A stretch of DNA of 20,000 nucleotides from Vezdaea acicularis (Eukaryota). This document shows, piece after piece, positions 11,760-20,000 of the stretch (position 1 is the stretch's first letter; each line of letters opens with the position of its first letter). A model generated the notes under the pieces. That model worked only from the letters and a program-made list of their open reading frames with translations. It searched no databases and was not told the origin of the DNA. The stretch spans positions 110,261 through 130,260 of the forward strand of contig JAPEUI010000041.1 of the NCBI GenBank assembly GCA_026025075.1. Direction: 5' to 3'. The translations under genes and the position numbers were made by a program.

Positions 11760-12319
11760 ACGGGTGGTTGGTGAGGGCTTGGATTTGGGGGGAGGGCTGT
11801 GATTGTATACTCATTGGTTGCAAGAATGATGTGAATATACGGTATACCAACATGCTGATATCCAAACACATGATTCGTTCCCGTGAAAGGTATTGGACGT
11901 CAAAATGTTATATAAGCATCTCTATCTTCTGTCTTGGCCGACCTGATCCAAACCAAGCCAAGCCAAGCGGTGTTATGATATGACCAGCTCATTCCCCCTT
12001 GCCCGCGTTCCTCGCCACGAAGATCCAAGAACAAGAAAACGCCGTATCCATGATGATATTGATGTGAGGGTGATAAAATGCTCAGACGAACAGAGGTCTA
12101 GTGAACAGAATGCTCTGACCATGAAGTCCTCAAAACGCCGTGACCGCATGGATGAACGCCGATGATGCAGGTGTGGGAGGGGGTTGTATAGAGTATAGCT
12201 CCAGTGACCGCAACAAAAGAAAATAGAAATGGAAAATTCTGCAATCGCAAGCGACTCAGTCCACTAAACCCTCAACAGCGAGGAAGAGTAAAGAGGGGGG
12301 GGGAAGAAGGAGACGTCCA

Positions 12320-15300
12320 TCACACAGTCATCCTGGGCAACTTCGAACCCCACGCATCCACATCAGCGCTCGCGCGACGTTTCAGGCCCCGCATCTCCGC
12401 CACATCCGCGTTCAAGTCCTCAATAGCTAGCTCCTCGCTGTCGCTGCTGTCCCAGCCGCTCCCGCTGCCGCCACCAGCGGTTGCTGCGGACGAGCCGGCG
12501 GGCAGCTCGGCGAGCTCCTCGAGCTTCTTGACGGAGACGTCGAATTCGCGCTCGCGAGCTGCGATGAGTTCGGGGTCGAGCATGCGGGCGGGGGCGAGGA
12601 GGTCGATGGACGAGTCGGTGTCGGAGGAGTCGGCGGGGGAGTGGGAGCCGCGGGACGAGTTGGGGGAGGTGATAGGGTGGAAGGGTGGTTTTTGGGCGGG
12701 TTGAGGTGGAGCTTGGTGCGTTGTGGTGGTTGGGAAATGTTGGGAAGCGCTGGACAGGGAGTCTTCGGAGGTAGTGGAAGGAGAGGTGGAGCCATCAGAG
12801 GAAGAGTCTTCGGCGGAGGAGGAGGAGGCGATGAAGAGGGAGGATGGTGGAGGCAGGTCGGATGGAAGGAGTGGGACAGTGGTAGAGGAGAGGATGGACG
12901 TGTGAGCTGGGTTGTCCTGAAGGAAGGCCTCGATCGAGGTTTGGGGGATAGAGTGGAGGATTCTATAGGGTCGTACTTTCGGGGCGGAGAATGGTGAGAC
13001 TTTGGTGCTCGATCGAGCGAAGACATGGGCGGTACGGACGTTGATCATGAAGTTGTCTGCTGGCTGGACGCCACCTACGCCGGTGGCCTCAAGGTAGACG
13101 GGCGTAGGTTGGATGAGCATGCCATTCGCAGGTGTGGAAGTTGGTGAGAAACTGAGCGACTTTGTCGATAACGGAGACTCTGCGTCATTCTCCGATTTGG
13201 CATCAATGTCCATATGCTCTGGCGTCAGGGCGTCCGAGAATTGGTCAACGGTACGACGAGGTCTCGCGTCCAGCTCCTCCTTCGGATCCTGGCCAAGAGC
13301 GTCCCCATCGTGGAAGCTCGTTCCAGTCTCGACTGGACTGCCATTCCGATCACCAGTCAGGTCAGTACAGAACTTCGCGCGGTGGTAGAATATGATCGTT
13401 TCCTGATCTGGCTTCTTGCGGCTTAGTCGCTTAGATAGATGCAGCTGCGTCGACGCAAATTTGCGCCCTACTGAGGTCGCAGAATCGCTTTCATCACTCT
13501 TTTCGTCGTCCGTATCAGAACGGGAAGACGCGTGGAAGAACATCGGGCGATAAGAAAGCTTTCCTGGTGGTTGTACATATTCAGTAGGAATTGGCCTTCT
13601 AGTTCCGGGTGTGCAAGCCATAGTGCGGGGTTTCTGAACCGGCTTAGTAGGCTCCTTCGCGATCGCTCTAAACGTGTTAGTGGGAGCGCCATCACCCACT
13701 TTTCGACGTTTGTTACTGAACAGAGTCCCATGGCCCTGCTCTTCCGAGGAATCTGCACTGGCATGATCTCCGTTGCTTCCAGTATCACTGCTCAGTCTTG
13801 AACCTTCAGTGCCACCTTTCCATTTGATCTTCCGCCCATCATGAGAAAGCTCAAACTTGGAGCTAACGTCGGCAACTGCTTTCCTCACGAATTCTGGTGT
13901 CACGTTGATCGTATGCAGCTGGGCCATGTTCGTCAGAAGATTGAGATAAACCCATCCGTCGTTGTCTAATTCAGCATCCTCTGGATTCATCTTGGGCGAC
14001 GAAAGGCCCAAGTGACGGATGTACTCGATGTTTTCTGCGGGGTATTGAGCTCTGTGGGGATCGAGATCCAGTGGCCGCGTGGGCCTTTGATCGGGAGAAT
14101 CGTTCCCGGAATATCCCGTCTCGCCAGAGCGCGACATAGACCGAGACCCTTCGCTGAGACCTGGGAGGTGTAACTCTAGCAAACTCTTCTCCATGCCAGC
14201 TTCAGAGGCAAGCTCAGCGTCTACTGGTAAGATGTGAGCCTCCCGAGTGCCCTCGCTCGTGATCCTCTGGCCGTTTGCCTCCTTAGCTGACCTATCCGCA
14301 TGGGCTGCCGACTGTGATACCTCCTGTTGCTGGAGAGGCTGACTATTCTCCCCCCCCGTATGGCCCTTTCCGGTGAAAAGTTGCTCTAATCGACGTACAA
14401 CAAGCTTTCTTCGCGCCTTCTCCGTCAACATGGGCGAGTGGCGGGGCAGAAGACCCTTGGGAATGTCGTGAAGATATGAATGAACCTTTTGCGTCTCGGA
14501 AGATTGGGGTCGGCCCATTGAAGATATAGCGGGTCCCGCTCGAGCAGACTGCGCGGCAGACGTCTTACCAGACGTGGACATGGAGGCGTAGGCGGAATCA
14601 ACGGGTCTAGAATCAGACGTCGACGACGACGAGGGGTTTGCTGAGTTTTTCTTTGGTACCCCTCGATCTGGTGCCCGTGTTGGTTCATATCTGTTGGGAG
14701 ATGTGTCGATACTGGACGCGAAATTCCGTAGCACATCTTCTAGCTCTCGCTTCTTGTTGGAGGGCATTTTATGCAACTTCAACTCAAAGAGTCGATCTTC
14801 AGAGGATGACGAGGACTGGATCTGTTCGTACGCGCGTAGCTTCTGCTTCAATAATTTGTTCTCAATAGTCAAATCGTCAATGACACTGCGAAAGTCTTCA
14901 CTGTTACTTTCGTTTGACTCGAAGCGTGACATTGCCGAACGCATTGGGAGGTTGTGTAATGTCGTTGGCTGGAACAGAGGCAGAGGACCATTCGAGCGCG
15001 CGGCACCGTCGCTGACGCCGTCCGCGGGGGTTGGTTGGCCGCCCATATAGAATGGCGGATCATCTGTAGCATTTCACGTTAGTCGTGATCACGGATTGAG
15101 CGGAACGTATACATACTGTCCGTAAACGTAGGCGCCAGGCTGTTTCGGGCATTCTTGTTCGACTTCTCAAACCAGGACTCGGCGTTGCTGTCGGTCGACT
15201 CATAGCTCTCGTTCGAGTGTTGTCGGCGAACTTGTAGGCCCTTCCAAGTCATGCAATCGGAGGCTGCTGGAGCCTTGCGGCTCGTTGATTGAGCGCCATT

Positions 15301-15453
15301 AGCCCGATGGTCTGTTCCCGATGACAAAGTTGGCTTGAGAGATGCAGATAGCTGTGGAGGTAGCTTCCGCGAGTGATCTTGGATTGTAGCATGATGTCCT
15401 GGCTTGAGCAAGCCTTGGCAGGGCCTGTCCGGCTCGGCTTGGGCGGTCGACAT
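12320..15453 (-). CDS. frq: Circadian clock protein FREQUENCY, about 1026 aa, 2 coding exons
   Basis: Exons 15453-15117 and 15063-12320 (3081 nt); intron GTATGT..CTAAC..CAG. FRQ blocks: WFEKSN, DPPFY, coiled coil DFRSVIDDLTIENKLLKQKL, KKRELE, SRPVDSAYASMS, KLVVRRLEQLFTG, QRPTRPLDLDPHR, EYIRHLGL, DGWVYLNLLTNMAQLH, KFELSHDGRKIKWKGG and LEATGVGGVQPADNF; long Ser/Pro/acidic disordered tail. The start codon is less certain than the gene identity. Confidence 0.95.
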
Positions 15454-15458
15454 CAACA

Positions 15459-15525
15459 CTGAAGGAAAAAGGGTTAGACTATATGTCTACAGTCTGCATC
15501 GTCCCAGCACCCTGTGCCCGAGTAC
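15459..15525 (-). other. Probable 5'-UTR intron of frq
   Basis: Strong acceptor (CTAAC + CCTTTTTCCTT + CAG) ending 5 nt before the ATG at 15453. The donor GTACTC at 15525 is weak, and the real donor may lie further upstream. Confidence 0.55.
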
Positions 15526-15857
15526 CCTCCAACGTCAAAATAGCATGAGGGGCTCGGAGGGTATCATGAGCCGCTGCTCTCTTGCTTCGGCGAAATCCCC
15601 AGATCTTTGATCACTTCCGATGGTGACGGTAGGTCACGGACTCTCGACCGGATGATGGGACTTTGGTGCAGGTACTGTGGGTGAGATCGAGTATGATGTG
15701 CGGAATGTAAAGATGAGATGGCTAGAGGAAAGAGGAGATTTTAGTTGGATGAATACTGATGAGGGAGACGCAAGTAATCGTCTAAGCAAAAGACATGAGG
15801 GACCTTGGAGGACTTTCAGGACCAGAAGGCGGACGAGCGCGGTGCAAGTTCCTCCGG

Positions 15858-16944
15858 CGATCGTCGATCTCCCAGCCGGGACCACGGAAGAACAGAGGTC
15901 GGCCGGAGGGAGCACGGGGGGCTCGTCGAGGGATTACTGTCAGTTGGGCGGTGCGCGGTCGAGGCAGGCTCGCCGAGTCCGCCATGGCCCTATGATCTCG
16001 AGAGCTGGAGGGTCGCGCGCGTGTGCGCAATACGGCTTGGGGTGGGCCAGGCAAAGCGAAGAGAAAGGCATGAAGCCCGATTGTCAGACCCTGGATTTGA
16101 CTAAGCGAAAAGCCGCTGGAGATCGAAAAAACCAGCGTGTGGCTCAAGCACCGCCCGCGCACCCCTCGACGGCGCCCTAGCCCCGATCGGGGTAGCGCCC
16201 GCACGCGAGCCCGACGAGCGGTGCCAAGACTGCCCCCCCGCATCGATCTAGATCGTGTGAAACGCTGCTCGCTGCTTCTCCTCCACGCTGCCCCACGGAG
16301 CCAGCCAGTTGCCAGAAATGGTTCCGAACGATGGCCATGCGCCTTGCCGATTACATCACGGCCGTCTGGTCAGTGCGGCTGTCGAGGCGCATCGAAGCCA
16401 ACGCGCGCGTTTGTTTGGCCGGCCCTCGGCTCGGTCATCTTTGGGTTCCGCTGTTGTTTTTTGTCTTCGTGGGGGGCATCACGGGCGTAATCACGACCAA
16501 ACTTCCATCACACACAGACGGGATCACGAGCCACGCACGCGTGGTGTCTAACCCCCGACCACATCCATCGGTTTGGCACTGGCGGGCCATGCTGCCAAGA
16601 CCAGAGATCGCGATCCGGGAGAGGGGCGGGTTTTGCTTAGCGGGACAGTTGTGACGAACACGTTCGAGAAGACCAAAATGATGACCCAAGTGCCCGAGTA
16701 GCGCCATCGCCAGTTGCAAGGGGAATCGCGCTCGGAGATTTCACGCTACCTGCCGAGATGTGTCTCGAATCGAGTTTCTCGCAGGAAAAAGTGGTAGGAG
16801 CTTCGGAGTTCGGATAGGGGGGGCAACCGTTAAGACCCACCGCATTCCTGCCCCCAAATACCGATCTCGCTCGATCGGGATGTCATCTCCATTGCACGTG
16901 ACATACCATCACGTGCACCCAGAACCTCCATCGATCGTCGATTG
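15858..16944. promoter_or_regulatory. frq promoter with candidate White Collar complex light-response / clock-box elements and E-boxes
   Basis: Paired CGAT/GATC motifs at 15858-15869, 16240-16255, 16606-16615, 16861-16878 and 16929-16944; RTCACGTG sites at 16895-16902 (-) and 16908-16915 (+). Confidence 0.55.
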
Positions 16945-17756
16945 CTCCAATTCCGGACGCGAAGCGACGCCCGCCACCAACGTCACTCTAAGGGTCCCCA
17001 CGCTATTTTAGCGCAGAAGCGGACTCTACCGCCAACTCTGCTGACATCCAAACGATCATTGGCTTCATCAGCGCTCACGTTCATTCACGTGCAACCAGTC
17101 GCAGCAAAAAAGAAAGGCTCTGGTTGGGAGAATACGAAGACGGAACGGACGGGGCTTTGAACGCCTTGCAGCTGAATAACATGGGCTGAGCTGAAGTGGT
17201 TAATTCCCTCCGTCCAGCCTGCCGGCTGGTTTACGTGGCATCACATCACAACCCCCTCGAAAGGCCCGGACCCTCGCAAGAGACGGTGGATGATCATCAT
17301 CACCACTTGCCTAAACCAACCTAGCCTTCGCCGCCTTTTCCTTCCCCTCTTATAGCGGTATGCCACGTTCTTCTCCCTTTTTTCTCGGAACCCCACGTGG
17401 TCCCTGAGCGTGGTTACACCGTTGCGAGACCCTGAGCAGATTGGACGGAGCCTCCTTTTTCGTTCATGGGGGGTGTGGGCGTGAGGTGAGTCTTGTCCGG
17501 GTCCGCTGCGGTTTATGGGGGTGCACATGCACATATGTGGAAAGAGAGAAAGGGATGAGCAGTCCATGGCGGATTGTTTGGCTATCACCATCCTTCCACG
17601 GCTCAACGGCTCCTGGGCTAGGTACCAAGTCTACATCCCGCTTGCTTCGCGGGTGTCTCCGTCTGCAAATATGGAAATGGCGGCTGTTCCCGTGTGAGCA
17701 AGTTACATATCTCCTTTAGTGGCTACAGTAGCTCGCCGAACCGAAGCTTGTCCACA

Positions 17757-18001
17757 TAATGAGAGGGCGTTTGGATAGTGATAGACTGTCTGTATAGTGA
17801 TAGTTCGTTCGTGTGATGAGACGTCGTTCATCTAATGACAGGGTGTCAGTGTGATGACAGGATATTCATGTACTGCTTGCTCGGTCATGTAATGAGAGGG
17901 CATGTATAATGACAGGCCATTCTCAAGATGACAGACCGCTCATCTAACTACAGGCCGTTCATATGAGTGATCGGTCATTCGTATAACGACTAGCCCATAT
18001 A
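17757..18001. repeat. Degenerate 19-bp minisatellite, about 13 copies, consensus near TAATGACAGGCCGTTCATA
   Basis: Units start at 17757, 17776, 17795, 17814, 17833, 17852, 17871, 17890 (17 bp), 17907, 17926, 17945, 17964 (20 bp) and 17984. Confidence 0.85.
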
Positions 18002-18224
18002 TGCAACCTGAACCCAGCCAAAGCAACTATCTTACACCCTCACCTTCCAGCGTCAGCATCAAAGACTCCACATATAGGGGAGTAGCTCGGAGCTTTTGAG
18101 AAACCGTGTGTGTCAACCCACTCAACCAGAGAACCCCTTTCTCTAGACCAGTTCGCTCTATTGAAAGGGTCCAGCCAAGTCACCGCCAGAAAGCACATCC
18201 AACCAAGAAACGCATGAAGCTGAG

Positions 18225-19793
18225 CTATACCGCCAACCTGCCCAGCCTCCCCCCGGCGTCTTCCCAAACAAGTCCATCTGCGCTACCACAGCATGCACGA
18301 CTGACATACGTCGCATTGCACACGCAAGGCCACGACGACGACGACGACGCTGCCGCCGCATCAAACCCAGAGCCCAGCTCTGTGGGATTGCCCCTCTTGC
18401 CCAATCCAAACGCCACGGCCAATCCACCAGCAGAGGACAAGCCTGCCACCGGGAAGCACGCAGCATGCGGGAAGACGGGGTCCAGCCCGGCAGCCTGTAC
18501 TTGCACCATCGAGGGGTCCGCAACGCAGGAGCAGGAGTGGGGCAGCGGGCCTGAGCCTGCGGCCGTCGGCCTGCTACAAGCTCCCGGGCCATCGCATGGC
18601 CCGCCACATGTTCCGGGTGCCTGGAGGGCACCTGTTTGAGGTCTGCCCGGTATGGCCTTACGCCTGCGCCCGCCCGGCGCCGCTTCCTTCTGGCCGACCA
18701 TCGCAGGGTTCGTCCGCGGGCGAGTGCCATCGGCTCGGCGAGGATCTTGCGACCCTCGGACACTATGTGGCGGAGTCGAGAGCGGCCCGAGGACCGTTCC
18801 TAGCTGGTCGATCGTCTTAGCCGTGTTTTTATGTTGGGCCATCAGGTCGCGGAGAAGCTGTTGGGCGCGGATCCTCAAGGCTTTATCGGGGGTGTCTGGC
18901 GGCTCGATGTGCGGGGTGCAGGCGCAGTTCCGCGTGCATCGCTCCAGCCAGTATCGTCCCACCTGGGTGCGGAAGGTGAGGCGGGGATGCGCGATGATGG
19001 TGGAGAAGTGCTTCATGCCGTTCATGCAGTTCCCGCCGGCGTTTCCCGACGGGAACCCGCCCCATTGCTCAGAGGCACAGATCTGTTGCTCCGACAGCCA
19101 CGGCCAGAGGATCTGCCGCTGGGGCGAGGTCATGGGAAGAGCTTCGGCGGAGCCGCCTCCTGTGCACATAATAGCGGAGTTGCCGGCATAAGCGGCCACC
19201 CAGAATCTTGAAACCCGCGTCTGCGAGTCCGCGTACACGTCCTCCTCTGGCATGAAGACGATTGACCTCGCCATGATGCTGCCATCCAAGGTCAATGCGC
19301 GAGGTTGCGTTCCCGTCGCAAGCGGCCGCAAGTCTGGCAAAGCTTTCATCATCGGGGGTATCGGCGGACGGAGAGGATACGCCTGGTCCAAAGGGAGTTC
19401 GGTATTTGGCCTCTCCTTACACCAGCACTTGGCGTTGCACTTGATCTGCGCGGCGATATCATCGAATAGCGGTATCGTCGGAGGTTCGAATGTCAGAGTC
19501 GCATAGGTGCTGGCGAAGATGCTGCTATCGTCCCATTGCCGCCAGTTGCAATACGCTCCCGCATTGGCTCCTGGGGTACCCCCATAGCCTGGTTTGGCGC
19601 AGCTTCGAAGCAAAAATGGTGATCCCTGGAGGTTTGTCATACATTCGATATCAGCTCTCGGGTCGTGGTAGTCGCCGGTTTCGAAGCCTGGCGGAACCGG
19701 CTCGGGAACAGCATGAACCGTCGAGGTTATGGCATAGAATATGAAAGTATATGCGGCGAGCCACCGCCTATGATCTAGGAAATTCAAGATCAT
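18225..19793 (-). CDS. Secreted cysteine-rich protein of unknown function (522 aa, intronless)
   Basis: Long ORF with predicted signal peptide (..WLAAYTFIFYAITSTVHA|VPEP) and 22 Cys in 6+6+6+4 clusters; two copies of C-A-x3-[YW]-GG-x-P-x2-NAG-x2-C...C-x3-C-x-C. Confidence 0.8.
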   Translation of the reverse strand: MILNFLDHRRWLAAYTFIFYAITSTVHAVPEPVPPGFETGDYHDPRADIECMTNLQGSPFLLRSCAKPGYGGTPGANAGAYCNWRQWDDSSIFASTYATLTFEPPTIPLFDDIAAQIKCNAKCWCKERPNTELPLDQAYPLRPPIPPMMKALPDLRPLATGTQPRALTLDGSIMARSIVFMPEEDVYADSQTRVSRFWVAAYAGNSAIMCTGGGSAEALPMTSPQRQILWPWLSEQQICASEQWGGFPSGNAGGNCMNGMKHFSTIIAHPRLTFRTQVGRYWLERCTRNCACTPHIEPPDTPDKALRIRAQQLLRDLMAQHKNTAKTIDQLGTVLGPLSTPPHSVRGSQDPRRADGTRPRTNPAMVGQKEAAPGGRRRKAIPGRPQTGALQAPGTCGGPCDGPGACSRPTAAGSGPLPHSCSCVADPSMVQVQAAGLDPVFPHAACFPVAGLSSAGGLAVAFGLGKRGNPTELGSGFDAAAASSSSSWPCVCNATYVSRACCGSADGLVWEDAGGRLGRLAV

Positions 19794-19846
19794 AATGAGG
19801 GGAGAATGTGAAGATATACGCTGCCACTAAAGGCACGCGGCTTGGA

Positions 19847-19905
19847 AGACGTGCGAGTGCGCTCGAAAGAGCCAGACGTGCGAGTGCGCTCGAAAGAGCC
19901 AGACG
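19847..19905. repeat. Perfect 27-bp tandem duplication
   Basis: AGACGTGCGAGTGCGCTCGAAAGAGCC at 19847-19873 and 19874-19900, followed by a further AGACG. Confidence 0.95.
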
Positions 19906-20000
19906 CGCTTCACCATGAGCATCTTCTTGCGGTTTTAAATGCTGGGCGCGAGGGAGAAAACTTCGTGCGCTTCTCCATGGTATCCCTGTGCGGCTTTAAG

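Noticed and set aside
12204..13026. Several overlapping 118-199 aa ORFs over the frq 3' end
   Set aside because: Low-complexity shadows of the Ser/Pro-rich FRQ tail.
15782..15985. Upstream ORF beginning MADS, like the Neurospora FRQ N-terminus, as the true first exon
   Set aside because: Similarity is limited to four residues, I found no good donor joining it to 15458, and the ATG 15453 exon already supplies the expected N-terminal block. It is kept only as a possible uORF.
15634..17719. Many 60-170 aa ORFs on both strands upstream of frq
   Set aside because: Expected in GC-rich non-coding DNA; no domains, consistent codon bias or splice structure.
17757..18001. CRISPR-like or telomeric interpretation of the 19-bp array
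   Set aside because: No constant repeat with unique spacers, no cas genes, a eukaryotic context, and no TTAGGG similarity.
18332..18349. (ACG)6 microsatellite
   Set aside because: It simply encodes a short poly-Ser linker in the secreted protein.
1821..19793. The whole window as a functional gene cluster (clock plus proteasome, respiration, chitinase)
   Set aside because: The genes are functionally unrelated housekeeping or accessory loci, and adjacency alone is not evidence without synteny or co-expression data.

Overview
Gene-dense nuclear DNA from a filamentous ascomycete (Pezizomycotina; inferred from short 49-81 nt GT-AG introns, mostly with CTRAY branch points, and from the gene families). 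Left to right: a possible orphan Ser/Arg-rich ORF (-), a Ytp1/DUF2427-type membrane protein (-), the EFM5/EEF1AKMT1 lysine methyltransferase (-), the complex I 39/40-kDa subunit NDUFA9/nuo-40 (-) head-to-head with proteasome lid subunit RPN9 (+), a GH18 chitinase (+) tail-to-tail with the circadian clock gene frequency (frq, -), about 2.7 kb of non-coding DNA upstream of frq, and an intronless secreted Cys-rich protein of unknown function (-). The most interesting signals are in the frq control region: a compact element with two inverted RTCACGTG (Cbf1-type E-box) sites bracketed by paired CGAT/GATC (White Collar-type) motifs, further GATC palindromes, a probable 5'-UTR intron and several uORFs. 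Also notable are a decayed 13-copy 19-bp minisatellite, a 22-Cys secreted protein with an internal domain duplication and a Kex2-like site, and a chitinase with two possible starts. No transposon, RNA gene or CRISPR array was recognised. Gene models were built by hand and families recognised from memory of motifs; no searches were run, so novelty is untested.
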